DNA of 64,000 bases from Amoebophrya sp. A120 (GCA_905178155.1 CAJINV010000004.1:156969-220968); one strand, 5' to 3'. Counted from the stretch's first letter, positions 1 through 13,180 are shown. Made by a program: numbers and translations. The notes: a model not told the origin generated them from the letters alone.

Positions 1-426
1 TGCCCCGGTCTTGCTCGGTGCTGAGACGGGGAGTACAGGATGAGACGGAGCGGCATTCTTGTTGCCTCGTCCCTCCTCTTCCGCCGGCACTTTTGCAACC
101 GCAGTGGCAGGCTTTTCGTGTGAGCTCTCCCGGATAAGCTGGCTTTCGTGCACTCTTCTGGCGTTCTCAGGCGGGATTGCGAGTGGGGCCAAGATCGGAC
201 GTTGAGTCTGCCCCAGGATGATTTGCGCGGCATCGGAACCCGACCGCCAGCACCTCACGATCGGCCACGTCTCGCTCGCCGTCTGCTGCCCCAGAAGGAT
301 GACCAAATGCACACAACTGGATCAAAATAATCATGACAAAAGGTAGCTTCTTCAGCAGCTAACTTTAAAAAAATTTTCGCTTTCGGTTGCAATCGTTTAT
401 TCGATAACGATAACAGATTTTTGTTC

Positions 427-1275
427 GAGAACCTCCAGTCGCTGGGGACATCGAGACGAGTGGAAAAAATGGCTATCATACCGCGACGAACCAAAATGCG
501 ACTTCTACTGCGGCACCCAACGGCATCAATCAAGGGCCACAGCTACTATCCAATGGCGTCGCTAGCGGAAGGGGCACGCCGACCAGTGCCAGAACCAGGT
601 CCGTGCCACTCTTGCTGCGGTTACACAGCTATGCATTCTTGCAAAAGTCATATCGTACTAGTAGAAGTCGCATTTTTTTACAAATATCGCTCAGCATGAA
701 GAGAAATGACAATGGGATTTGTCACACGGCCGCACCTTAAGAAGGGGGTTAGGGTTTGTCATGATGCATGATTGCGATTACTACGAATGCGACGCTTTTG
801 CAGTGCATAACAGCAACCACGAGGCAGAGCTGGAAAAGGAAGCGCGAGCGGCGCTAGTGGCGGAGTTCGGGGACCGGCTGCAATTTGTGGAAAACACGAC
901 TCTATCCACTACAAAAGTCTTTAAAATCGTACTTGCATTTGGGAAGTAGTACGTGCATCGGTTCACAACTACACAACACTTTTTCTTTTTTAGACTGAAG
1001 CAGAATTGTGACTGAAACTGGATTACAATTAGAATTTTTACAATCAAGATTTACAGATTTATTGTTGTATGAGAAGCATGTCCTTGTACGTGATGTACGC
1101 GCATTTTTATATATACTTTTGTATTGCATAGACACCTGGCAGCGGTACCGGAAGAAAGTCATCCTTTTCCAACAAGAACCTGGATGAAACGGCAGGCAGG
1201 CAGGCGGAATTCCCGCCAATGGTGGCTGTGCTGGTACAGGAGCGCAGTTTTGCTTTTTTCCAGACCACAAATTAA
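427..1275 (+). CDS. 3' part of a hypothetical protein gene, interrupted by two TIR introns (630-809, 903-1130); true start not located
   Basis: Removing each element plus 5 nt joins EPPVAGDIETSGKNGYHTATNQNATSTAAPNGINQGPQLLSNGVASGRGTPTSARTRSVPLLLRLHS|NHEAELEKEARAALVAEFGDRLQFVENTT|PGSGTGRKSSFSNKNLDETAGRQAEFPPMVAVLVQERSFAFFQTTN* (TAA 1273-1275). Confidence 0.65.
630..809. mobile_element. TIR introner, family B-like
   Basis: TATGCATTCTTGCAAAAG...CTTTTGCAGTGCATA; direct repeat ACAGC on both sides. Confidence 0.8.
903..1130. mobile_element. TIR introner, degenerate family B-like
   Basis: TATCCACTACAAAAGT...ACTTTTGTATTGCATA; flanks GACTC/GACAC. Confidence 0.7.
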
Positions 1276-1879
1276 TGTAAATATTTTTGGTGCCCAACTT
1301 CTCGGTTTTCGTCTTTTAGAAATAAGTTGAACGTCAACGCTTTTTGAAATTCTCTTTTGCCCCCTACTTCTTCCAAGCAGGATGGATGAGGATCGAACGA
1401 ATTATTTGCGACGATTTTATCGAAGCCTGAGTCTATTCATTTACTTTTACCGGCAACTACCTGATTATATTTTTGTCAACATACTTATATAATTTCTTCT
1501 TCATCTAACTCTACTCAGATCGACAACCGCTTTGGGGAGTGCTTGCCGGCTCCACGTTATCCCGGAGAAAAAAGTGTGTGAGTGTAGGTCTGTTATGCTG
1601 AACATAAACTACATTCTAATGCTATGTATATGTAGTTTGTTCTTACAACACTCTTTGTCATGGTTGCAGATGCGTGTAGTCCTCGGCGATTTTCCTCACA
1701 GCGATCTTTTATTATGTCCACGCAGCACCCGATAGTACGGCTCGTGATCTTGTTCTCTTGCTTCACATCAAGTCTATGTATGTCCTCGACTGAGTACCAG
1801 ATGTGCGAAGAAGTAGGGGTGCTGATGAGCTGTGGGAAGAGGAGGACGATCAAGACGCTAGTAAGTACTACTAACATAG

Positions 1880-4800
1880 CCCAGAGGTCGTCGTCGTGCA
1901 GCTGGTACTTCTTACACTACTAGCACAGTTTTTTTACTGGACACCCGTTGGCCGACGCATAGTTCGTCATCGCTCGCTGCGAGTGGTCATCACCACGCTC
2001 ACCAGCACCATCACCACAATTTCCAGAACTACAACGCTCACGGTGGAGCTGGTGGAGGACATCACCACAATAATAACTACTACACGTCCTCCGGAGGTGG
2101 AGCAGGTGGACCACTACAGCATCTCCACGGTGGAGCAGGTGGCGGTCCTTCACACCACCACGCAACCACCTCGTCGCACTTCTATCACCAGCAACATTAC
2201 CAACAAACCCCTGCGGGCGCGAGTTTGATGAATGGCGCGACGACCACTACAGCTATGATAGGCGCCCCGGCCTCGACCAGCGGGGGCGGCACGAGCGCCG
2301 GTGTGGATACGACGCATGGAGGTGGTGGATCTACTGGAGCATATAATCGTGGTTACCACCACCAACACCACTCGTACTCATATCCTACTTATGAACTGCA
2401 AAAATATCGTACTCGTATAAATGCATTACAAATTTCCTCAGCATGAGAAGCAAAATTTGTAGCGCTAATTTGCCTTAAGAAATGCATTGTTGCAATTACT
2501 ACGAGTGCGATACTTTTGCACAGGATGCTACTTCGGGGACAGCATCATCCACTTCAGGGCACATGTACAACCACGCGCACCAGCACAGCAACTACCATGC
2601 TGGAGCTGCCGGGAATATCAACAGTAACGTCAGGGCCTCGGCTGCCGGGGCAGCAGCTTCAGCGCACTACCACACAGCGGGGAGTGGACACGGAGGACAT
2701 CACCCGCATGTTCAAGAAAATCAGATGCATGACTACCAAGGCAGCAGCTACAACCATTACGCTTATGCATTGCAAATATGTCTGGTTCTGGAAGGTTGTG
2801 ATGCTGTCTTCGGATAATTGTAAAAAAAAAATGTGTACTTAGTTGCATGACCAGGAGTCCAGTTTGTGCTACGCGGGCGGGAGGGCATTTCTTATGCGGA
2901 ATAGGCATCAGGAAGCCCTCTAAAAATCTGTGATGCTGGGTCATGCATTACAGGCGTCATTGGTCGTCGACTCTATGCAAGATATGCATGACATCAAGCC
3001 TGGTCGTAATTATCTTCCAGACTCAGACATGTTTGCACTTGATAATGCCGGGACCACTACAACAGCGACATCACGAGGGGGCGCGTCTGGCCGCGCCGGC
3101 AGCCCCAATTTCGGTGCAGCTTCCGCCGGTGTATCTTCAGGCGGTGTACTAGCAGCAATGAACAACAACCTGATGCACCAGCAGCACAACAGCAGCTTTT
3201 ACAATCATGCTCAGGATCAACAACATCACCAACATGATCCTACAACTTCCCTTTCATCCCAACAGGATCACCAGCTTTCGCAGCACGGCGGAATGCAAAA
3301 CTTGCAGATGAGCCACGCCTTTGGAGGTAATATTAACCCGCCCGGAGGTGGAGGTACTACAGCCAGTAGTGCCGCTACAACAAACTACGATCAGCAGCTC
3401 CACCAGCAGCCCATGGGCGGGGGCGCGCCCACAACTACAACCGGGAACGCCATGTCGACCAACGCAATTGGTGCTGTAGTTGGGAACAACCCGCTGTCGG
3501 GAGCTTCTGCAATTGACGGAGCAGCAGGAGGAAATTACAACAACCAGCACAGCAGCTTGCAGCACCACATGAATGATTTTCAGCACGATCATTACGGAAC
3601 GATGTTGGGAGCCGATCAGACTCAGACAGCAAACACGACCACGGGTAGTACTAGCACCAACGTGGTGCCCCCTGCTGGGACCACGATGAACAGCTTTGTC
3701 GCCCAGCACCAGCAGCCAGACCAGTTTTACAACAATCAGGCAGCTCCGAGTGCAGGTCAAATGGACTACTATGCTGCTCCTGATGGGATGAGTGCAAATG
3801 CCACTGGTGGCTCTACTTTTAGTACTTCTGCAGCTTTCAACACGTCGTCGTTCCAGAGTGCAGGAGCTCCTGGGTCAGCGGGTTCTGCAGCCGCTGCCGC
3901 AATGGCGGGGGGCGCCGCATCTTCCATGATGGGCAATCACCAAAGCGGGGCTCAGGAGAATGTCTACAATGTTGGTGCGGGGGCGGCGCACCAGCCGCAG
4001 CAGATCAGCCAGTACCCACCGCCACCGCCACCCCCGGCGCTGAGTGGCCTGCTAGCAGCAGGAGCGGGTGGAGGAGCTGCAGCTGCCCAAATTGGCATGT
4101 CAACAATTATGTCGAGTAATTCTAACTTCTTTTACCCCACGACGACCAGTAATAGTACAAAGACACCTAATGCGAATGCCGGAGGCGGAGCTGCTGCAAC
4201 GACAGGAAACACCCCCAACCCGGCCGTTGTACAGAGCCGACGAGGGCCGCCCGAAGCCACGACTTCTACCCCTCCTCCCCGGCACCAGCTGCACCAGCAA
4301 GTAGACATGGGTTACAACGCAAATTTTTCGATTTCATCTCTGGCGACGCCAACAAAGCAGAAAAACCAAGACCAGCAACACGCGCATGGCGATGGTCATC
4401 ATGCTGGTGATCAACATACCAGCACGTCGGACCAGTACAACAAGTGGAGCGCCGGTGGTACCAACTTTGATGATCCCGCGCTGACATCCACTGCGGGCTC
4501 GGCTTCCTCGGTCTTGCACAGCAAGTCAAACGGGCGGCGCGTGGGAGCCGCGGAGGGGTCACAGCACATCATGACGCCCAGCACGGCGGGAGGGCCAGGT
4601 GGACGGCGGGGCGACGCAGAGGAAGAGATGATTCTCTCCGGGAAGGACCTTGGGCAACGAGACCGCGACGTGGCTGGTGGTGCACCCCAGGGACGAGGAG
4701 CAGGCCCGGTGGATGCTATTCCTTGGAATAAAACCGTCCCCACCTCGTAGTCAAGATCGATGATCAGAGTTTTGCTACACCAATGGGCGGCTCGCCGTGT

Positions 4801-7800
4801 TGTAAAGATCGTGTTTGCTACGCCTATGTCAAACTCGCATGACCACGAATTTATCGTGTTATCCTAAAGATGATGACAGCGCAACATCAACAAATACGAT
4901 CCAAACTACCAATAGAAAATACTCTTCATCATGGTACTGCGCATGATATGAAGCGTCCTCAAAAAGCATGCAAAGTTGCAACACGAAGCTGGGGACGAGT
5001 GGAGCCGGGGGGACGGTTTTATTACACAGGATAGACGCTTCGCCCTATTCTCCTTCGGACCTAGTCGGTGGATCTCTGGCACAGTCTGGCAGCGGTGGTC
5101 ACTCTTCCTTGCACTCCACGCCATCTGATCTGGAAACCCCACATATAATTGCTGCTTCCTCCGGAGGCGCTGGAATGAGATTCGCTGGAGGCGACGGAGT
5201 ACTTCATTTACTTAGTCGAGAGTCAGTTCTTTTGCTATATTTTTTATCAACATCAACATGCGCTGCAAAAGAAAAAGGATCGTACTCGTAGGGAGGCATG
5301 AAAAATTTGCGCAAAATAAAGAAAAACAAAAACGGGGCTTGTCAACATGCAGATTCCAGGACGGAAGCAGATCTGTCATGCACGCTGGACATGTAGTATA
5401 AATATTACGAGTGCGATGTCTGCTTTGCAGTGATGTGCAAGAACACAAGGAGACGTTAGAAGTCCATGCTCGTGGTCTCGAAAGCTTGTCCACTTTCACA
5501 CGAGGACGATCAAATGATCTCCGTGTTGAATTCTTGATGAAAATCTGCTGTTGAGCGAGGTTCTTGTATGCGTGTATGTTGATGTTCAGATAGGGGATAA
5601 AATCTTAAAAATTTGACTTCACTATATAAAGTGCAAGAACTACTTGTGTAAAACAAATTATTTCCCACTACAGTTTCCGGCTCTGTCTTCGGGACCCCAA
5701 CGAGATCGAGAGGGTGCAACAGCTGCCACAGGAGTATCCTGAGTAAAAACGTACCCACACCAGAGTCAGGATGGGGATTTTGCAACACAAACCTAGGAGT
5801 TTTGTGAGTCACGCATGACAAGTTGCACTCTGCAGTGTAGTGCAGGTGAACAAGTGCAGCCGCATCACAGATTCATCTGCTCATCCTGTTCACAGCATCA
5901 CAAATTTCAAAACACGATTGGAAATGGCTCTCATGGGGGTGCGCATTACAAGTCTTCCTGTCTTTGCAAATCTGCATTACAACTCTGGTGTGGGTACGTT
6001 TTTACTCAGGATAAGGAGCCGAAAAAAGTCTGTTCCCCGGCACGAACAGCACAGGAGCCCCCGCGGCGGAGTCGTTACAACCAGCAAGCGCGGGGGATGG
6101 GAGCATCGGTGCCCACCAGCAGCAGCACCAGAATTTGTACCACGCAGCTGCGACGAGCAGCGAGTTCTTTCCGGCCACTGCTATGAAAGTGCGCAATCGT
6201 CGTGTGTCATCTTTATTCCCCCCTCTCATTTGTCATGCAAAGTAGTACCAAAACCAAAAGCGCTAGACCTAGACATAGGCTAACTGTTCCTCAGATGAAC
6301 TGCTCGCGTGCTGACATCATGCTCCTTCGCAAGCGGAATAGAACAGTAGTTCGTGTGCTGAGTGTTTGTCATGCGAAAGGAGTACCATGATCATTGTGAA
6401 GTAGCGGTTGTGCTACTGATTCTACCTCCGAAGCTGCGTTTTAAATGTGGGGTGCTAGTAGGGGTCGTCGGGGTTGCGCACTCTCATATTTTTAACCGGG
6501 CCGCGCGGTTCCGTCGATATCGGCAGCAGCACCGTTGCCGGTGACAGTTCTAGCATGTTCGGAGGACAACACGGCCAATATCCAGGAAAAAACACCCATC
6601 GATCCCCATCCATTGTTTGCATGACAAGCACGGGAATTTATGCATGTTTTGCATTACAAATTGGATGGGGCTGGGTGTTTTTCCCTGGATAGCCAAATTG
6701 CCACCTCCAGCGCAGTCCACCAGATGCAGATGTTTGGTCCGGCTGGCGGCGCTATCAAATGTAAAAATGTCTGGGTCTGGAAGGTTGGAACTTGTAATGC
6801 TGTTTTTGAATTCCGAAAAAGTCTGTATTGCATGACAAGCAACAGGAGTCCAGTTTGCGTTACGCGGAGAGGGTATTTCTCATGCGGAATAGGCATCAGG
6901 AGGGTCTCTAAAAGCCTGTGATGCTACGGCATGCATCACAGACGTCATGGGTCATGGAAAATATGCATGACAAATCTAGAAATCTTCCAGACCCAGACAT
7001 ATTTGCATTTGATAGGCGCCAAGTCGGCGGCTGCGCGAGCGATCGACAACTGGCTGCGGGGCGAGAGCTTAATCGAGCACCCCGAGATACACCTGCCCTG
7101 GGAGTGGTTCCTGCCCATCACCTATCACATGCAAATATGTAGTCTGGGTCTTCTGGTGGAAAAGTGGTCGTACAAGAACGCTTGCCTTGCGCATTCGTCT
7201 GCACAACGACCCAGGCCCGGGAGGTCTGTGATGTACTACCATGTACTTAGCAGTTGCCCTGGTGGCATCAACACAGATTCATCTTTGAGGGCCGCTTCTA
7301 CAATTATTCAAAGGCAGCATCTTTGCATAGAACAAATTGCAGCACTTTTCCTCTTCCACCAGACCCATTCATCATATTCGCATTTGATATCATCTCCCAG
7401 CGCATGCCCGAGTACGGAGTGTTTCAGCTGCTGGAGGGATGGCGACAGGCCTCCGAGTGGGACACGTTGCTGCAACACACCCTGGCCGAAACGCTGTCGT
7501 GGCCTACCTGCTTAGACGAACTGACGCGGCGGGCCCCGAACTTGCAGGACGGACGCGAGGGCTTTCTGTACTGTGACCCCCTTGCCTTTTATGCAAAGAA
7601 AAAAATGCTTATGCTTTACAGTTTCAGTTACACACATGGATATGGCCATCTAGTAGTATGCAGGTCGTCGAAGAAGACCGCGGACGACAGGTCCTCACCT
7701 CTCATCATGCCGAGGAAAGAAATGCGCAGAAGCCTACTTAGCACGTGTAAGTACATGGTGTCATACGTGATGCTTTCCATCCTTATGGTCTTTACAGAAA

Positions 7801-10132
7801 AAAAAAGAATTTCTCCGCCATGCGGAGAAAATCAAATATTTGTGTTGCTGAAGTTACAATGCCTGCGGAACTGTAAAAAAATTTCCTCGGGATACGTTTT
7901 TTGTGAGTCGCGTGGACGTGGCCATGTACGAATTCAAGCCCGAGCTGAAGGAGCGCACCAGCGTGATGATGTGGGGTCTGTTATCCTGTTGAAAAATGTC
8001 GTCCCCACCGGAGACTTGTCTTTGTTATGCAAATCTGAATGTTGATCTAAACCTAAAGTAAGATGTTTGCTCTGGCGCGCAGCTTCATGGAATAAACGAA
8101 AGAACGCATAATATTTTCTACTGACTTCTTGTGTATTTGAAATTTGCAGCCGAATATATATGAAGGAGGCGATGATGAATTTGCAATGCCAATGCAGCAG
8201 CCCTTGCTATGACCGTGCGAGAGTCGTGGACAAGAAACCTGTCACGCGCAAGATGAACACACACAGCTTGTCGAACATCTGTGTAGCCAAATGACTATGA
8301 CTTTGGGGTCGTCGTTTTTACACCGGATATCTGTTGGCCTGTACCAAGAGCCTCATGGCTTTTCACAACGCTAACGTGTTCATCTCCTACCGGAAGTTCC
8401 GAATAGCGCTGAAGTTGGTGGTATCCAATGCAATTATGTCTGGGTCTCGAAGGATGCAACTTCAACTTGTGATGCCAAGGTATGCATCACCGACCTCATG
8501 GGTTATGCAAAATCTGCATGAGAAACTCCTGCATTCTTCCAGACGACCCAGACATATTTGCAATCCATAGGTGGACGCCATGTGGCTGGAGGACCCCGCT
8601 GTCGCATCCGACCGAGACAGCTTCGTCGAGCTCATCAAGCAGTATGGATTGCAAAAATGTCTGGGTCTGGAAGATTGCAACTTGTCATGCTGTATTTGGA
8701 TTGCAAAAAAAAATCTGTATTGCGTGACCAGCAACAGGAGTCCAGTTTGTGCTACGCGGAGAGGGCATTTCTCATGCGGAATAGGCATTAGGCAGCCCTC
8801 TAAAAATGTGTGCTGCTAGATCATGCCTTACATGCGTCATGGATCATGCAAAATATGCATCACAAATCCCGGAATCTTCCAGACCCAGACATTTTTTACA
8901 TTTGATAAGCAGCGCACGGCGAACATTTTGTACAGCGCAGCTCTGGACCCCCGATTGCGGCCGGCGGCCGAAGCTTTCAAGTACGTCTTTGACGAAAAAG
9001 TGAGCACGCTGCTGCGCGGCGCCAAGTATCAAAAGTAAAAATGTCTGGGTCTGGGAACTTGTGATGCTGGGTGGCGACTCATGCTGAGGCTGCAAATGCT
9101 GACTCAGCATGAGAAGTTTCTCAGCTCCCAGGTGTTGCCTACTCTGCATGACAAACTGCGCTTTTGCATCACAGAAAAGCGGAGCTCTTGGGTAACGTGC
9201 ATGACAGATTTAAGAGTCATGCCAGACAAGCATGACAAACATGAATTTTTCCAGACCCAGACACTTTTACAGTTGATACCAAGGTCAACATGACCACAGG
9301 AGATGAAGGACATCAAGGCGATCACGTCGTATTAGCAGGATCTTCTATCCTATTTAAAAATGTCCCCATATCAGAGTTGTCATGCAGATTTGCCTGTACA
9401 GAAAAATCTGTAATGCGCATGGCGCAAGAGAGGGGTTCGGATCTGTACTCGTGTTTTGGGATTTGTAATGCTGTAAACTGGATATCAAGCAGGCGTCTTC
9501 GGATGCTGCTGTCTTTGCTAGTAAAGAGCTCTGGACTAGTACAGATGGATACAAACTTGTCATGCATAACTCCCAAAATTTGGAGATTTGTGTTGCAGAT
9601 TTACCAACAACTTGACGCATGGGCTCTTGGGGGCGTTTTTATGCAGGATATTTTCAACTAGTGCTCCTTCACATGGTGGACCACCGACGGCAACTGGCGG
9701 AGCCACCTTGGTCGCGCCACCGTCCTCGGGAGCAGGAGGGACTGCTGATGCTCCAGGAGGTGAACACGTAGATGGTGGACACGGACCAGCACTTGACGCT
9801 TATGCATTGCAAATAAAAATGTAGTCTGGGAGGTCTGGAAATAAAGATCTTTTGTGTCATGCAAATAAAATAAAAATGCTGTTTCTTATTCTTATGCGCG
9901 GCACAGCGCATGCATGGGAAGGCATAATTGCGAAAATTTGCCATACTTGGCTCCTGCACTCGACGAAAATTAAAGCATGTTGAATCATTACAATTCGGCA
10001 TCGCAAGTTTCCAGAGCGACACCAGATAAATTTTTTGAATTTGTTGATATTAAAGCTGCTACAAGTAGTACGGCAGACCACCTGGTGGCAGGAGCTCCGA
10101 CGACGACGAGCGCGAGCGACGTGGCTGCATGA
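1880..10132 (+). CDS. Large multi-exon hypothetical protein: long His/Gln/Gly/Thr low-complexity N-terminal region and a globular C-terminal region; start codon uncertain
   Basis: Frame restored across TIR introns 2390-2527, 2764-3044, 4717-5033, 5735-6013, 6182-6488, 6579-6691, 6753-7014, 7123-7389, 7982-8329, 8422-8569, 8643-8907, 9027-9278, 9346-9650, 9801-10049. Example joins: GQHGQ|IATSSAVHQMQMFGPAGGA|KSAAARAIDNWLRGESLIEHPEIHLPWEWFLPI|SQRMPEYGVFQLLEGW and ISYRKFRIALKLV|DAMWLEDPAVASDRDSFVELIKQ|RTANILYSAALDPRL. Stop TGA 10130-10132. Junctions near 5200-5670 and 7560-7900 are unresolved. Confidence 0.8.
2390..2527. mobile_element. TIR introner family B (short)
   Basis: TATGAACTGCAAAAATATCGTACTCGTA...TACGAGTGCGATACTTTTGCACAGGATG; TSD CTACT. 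Confidence 0.9.
5735..6013. mobile_element. TIR introner family F (TATCCTG-AAAAACGT)
   Basis: TATCCTGAGTAAAAACGTACCCACACCAGAGT is a perfect inverted repeat of the right end; TSD AGGAG. Confidence 0.9.
6579..6691. mobile_element. Smallest TIR introner found (113 bp)
   Basis: TATCCAGGAAAAAACACCCA...TGGGTGTTTTTCCCTGGATA; TSD GCCAA. Confidence 0.85.
6753..7014. mobile_element. TIR introner family A (most abundant)
   Basis: TATCAAATGTAAAAATGTCTGGGTCTGGAAG...CTTCCAGACCCAGACATATTTGCATTTGATA; TSD GGCGC. Confidence 0.95.
8643..8907. mobile_element. TIR introner family A
   Basis: TATGGATTGCAAAAATGTCTGGGTCTGGAAG...TTTACATTTGATA; TSD AGCAG. Confidence 0.95.
9027..9278. mobile_element. TIR introner family A (reverse-complement relative of 37361 and 43338)
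   Basis: TSD CCAAG; the body closely matches the reverse complement of 43338-43589. Confidence 0.95.
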
Positions 10133-11825
10133 TCTCCAACTTCGACACGTTGCCCTGCAGGACGCCAAGGTCAAAGACAGGAACAAGTGTCCTCGACGTG
10201 ACAACTCACGACATCTTCGTTTTCTACTTGCTGGTGAGCGTGAGAGCGGGGCCGGGATGAAAAATGCATATTAGAAAGGGCGGAAGGAGATCCGTTCTTT
10301 CCGTTACCGTTTTACAAATGAATATCACTACTTCTACCCGCCGCTTCGGAAACCGGTACCTGTTTGGAACAAGAATGAATGCCGCAACCAAGATTTTAAA
10401 GGCGACTTGTTTACCTCTATTGAGTAGAGTGGCACAAGAACTACAGGATGAATTTTATTTCCCCATGAAGATCGTCGCCCTTTGAATAAATTTTAATTTC
10501 TGTCGAAGCGAGGAAAATAAATAGCGAACACAAACGATCGATATCCAAAACTATTGAAAAAAACCCGTTCTTTTCACGGTGCAGCGTGTGTACTACTTTT
10601 GGACCAGATCATTCTTGTAGTTGCACTTGCACACTAGTTCTTTTTATGTATGTTGTTTTTGTTTTGGAGATAAAGGTTTTGCTTCTTTTAGAATTATGCA
10701 GCTGGGACAGCTGCTCAGCGAACTGATAAAGAATACTTTTCGGCACGGCACGCAGGATATAGTACTCTCACTGAGGGGAAAGACACGTTCATGTACAACC
10801 TAAGAACTTCTATGTGCAGCCATCAACGCAAAAAAAAGGCGATCGAACTACTAAAGAGGCGGACTATCGTCTTTAAGTCGACTATTTAAATACTGAGTAC
10901 TCAAAAACTCGAACTTTCTCCCCTCGAACAGCACCAGTAAATAATAAATATACCAGTTCTGTCCTCCTCTACTAGCATCAGATTGTGTTTGATGTTTCTC
11001 CAGACGAGAAGGCTGGAGATGTGATCTTCACGCTCGAAAAATATGTGTCGAACTTCGTAATAATTTTCTAAAAGAAATCTAAAGAAAAACGATTGACGAC
11101 GAAATAAAAAACCGGGATGAATCTCGTAGCTGTATGTTCTTCGACGCGGGTGCAATATCCTTAAACATAAACATCTGACGAGCAACTCGATATCACCCTT
11201 TACCACCAAAGGATTTACAATCGCTTCGGTATCATGATGTTCAAAAAGACTATCCGCTTATTTGAAGATTCTTTCTCTTGCTGCGAAGATTACAACATGG
11301 AAGATCATCATCAAACGGTGGAAATGAGGAGCAAAGAAGAGCAGGGTGCTAGAATGAGGAGATGTAATTTCTATCGCTGATCATAAAACGGCGAGTAGCG
11401 GCTTTCTTCACACTCTTCGGGCAGTTGGTGCCTCATCAGATCCCGTCGGGCGGTAGAACTATTACACGAGGCACAAGTAGTGCCCTGCAGTGGACCGCTC
11501 TCCGTGTTGACCAGTTAGAAGGTTGCTTCTATTTGTACTTATCCCTGGTGTTCACAAGCCGGAAGCAAGAAAATTTTTAGAAGTAGTTGAACTTCTCATG
11601 ATCAAAACAAAAAACAACCATCACATGAAGCAATCAGATTTTTAAGCAGGAGGATCCACAGTCACAATATGAAGCAGCATGCAATAAATGATCCTGGCAA
11701 GCATCATGCAATGCATGCAATAAATTTTAAAATTTAATTGTTGAGCGTGTTATATGAATCATGGGCGAAAAGAAGGACTACTCGTGCGAATGCTAGTTAG
11801 ATTTCAGCTTGTTGCACATTGTCAT

Positions 11826-12105
11826 GCCCATGCACAACCAGCGGCAGAAAGATTCACAGAAGCGATGTGTGGCTCTGGCACCCGCACCTATCGAAGCAAG
11901 AAGCGTCTACTTGATCCAAAATATGACACATCACTTAGTTTAACGCCGCAGTTTTAAAACCAACAGCCCATGCACAACCAGCGGCAGAAAGATTCACAGA
12001 AGCGATGTGTGGCTCTGGCACCCGCACCTATCGAAGCAAGAACCGTCTACTTGATCCAAAATATGACACATCACTTAGTTTAACGCCGCAGTTTTAAAAC
12101 CAACA
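11826..12105. repeat. 140-bp tandem duplication
   Basis: 11826-11965 and 11966-12105 (GCCCATGCACAACCAGCGGC...AAAACCAACA); one mismatch seen. Confidence 0.9.
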
Positions 12106-13029
12106 CTAAATCTAAATTACAAGATCGTTATTCGCAGAAAGAAAACGTCATGGGTTCAAATTTACTCACGATGGTATACTGCACTTGTTCAAGTGGAAAT
12201 TTTGAAGTGCTGCAACATACACGCACAATCGCATTTTTTGACGCTAAAAAAATGCTAATTTTGTGCAGTGTATCATCGTGAATGCTAATTGTTCACCGAT
12301 GGAATTTTTTGATTAGCTGTTGCTTTGACTACTTCGAAAACGCTTTACAAAGTATTTTTGAACAGTCCGCCCGTGTTCAACTCCACCCAGCAAATTGGTT
12401 TCCTATCACAACTCAGAATGCTTGAGCACGCCTGTGGTCTCGTGTTCTACGGAAAATTTTCTTGTTCCAGGATAAAGAGGATCATTTTCGATGCTGGAAA
12501 GTTTTTGTTGGAAGTAAAATTTTCGGCAGATCGCTATCATGATTGCGGATCACATTTGAAGTATATATAAGCGCCTCTTTCTCTGGCAGCAGGCAATAAG
12601 CGATGCGTTGGCTCTCCTCGCAGTAGGGGCGATGGGTAAATCATTCATTCATTCATATGTGAAATATAGCATGAGAGGATTTGCTAGGGGTGTGCAGGTG
12701 CGTGTAGTTGCAAGAGAAAAAAATCGTCCTTCAACTGGACAGACGTTGAAAATGAAGGTTGTTGCTTTGGATGTCGGCAGGGAGGATGTCGACGGAGCAG
12801 CTGCTAGAAAGTTTTTTAAAAGGAAGACCAATGGAGGAAGGCCGCGGAAACTAAAGGAAAAAGCGTGATACATAGTCAAAGCCGTGGCCCTCTCCTGAAG
12901 CTACAAGTAAGTCCGCCCAAAGGGTATAAAGCCGCCCCGCCCCACCTTTGACTTCGTCGTAGCTATTTGCAGGACGCGCGGCCCAGACCCGGACTATCAA
13001 AGCTGCTCGTCCGACGCTAACCTGCAGAA

Positions 13030-13180
13030 GTATGTATACTTTTTTCTTTTAGGAGTGGTAGATTATGAGAACTTGGGACTCTACTTTTGAATTTGCTGCA
13101 TTCTTTGGGTCGTTCCTGAGCAGGTCAAAAACGAGGTCTTTTTGGAAAAATAAACGAAACTTGATTTATTTTTGTTCCAG
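13030..13180 (+). other. Probable canonical GT-AG intron (second candidate at 12907-12962)
   Basis: GTATGT...TTTTTGTTCCAG and GTAAGT...TCGTAG; no TIR. Confidence 0.45.

Noticed and set aside
1861-1879. 19-nt mini-intron GTAAGTACTACTAACATAG
   Set aside because: It has GT, CTAAC and AG, but the upstream frame it would join is not clearly coding; it cannot be supported without RNA.
2930-4750. 606-aa ORF as a stand-alone gene
   Set aside because: It starts inside element 2764-3044 and ends inside 4717-5033; it is one large exon (about 3050-4716) of a longer gene.
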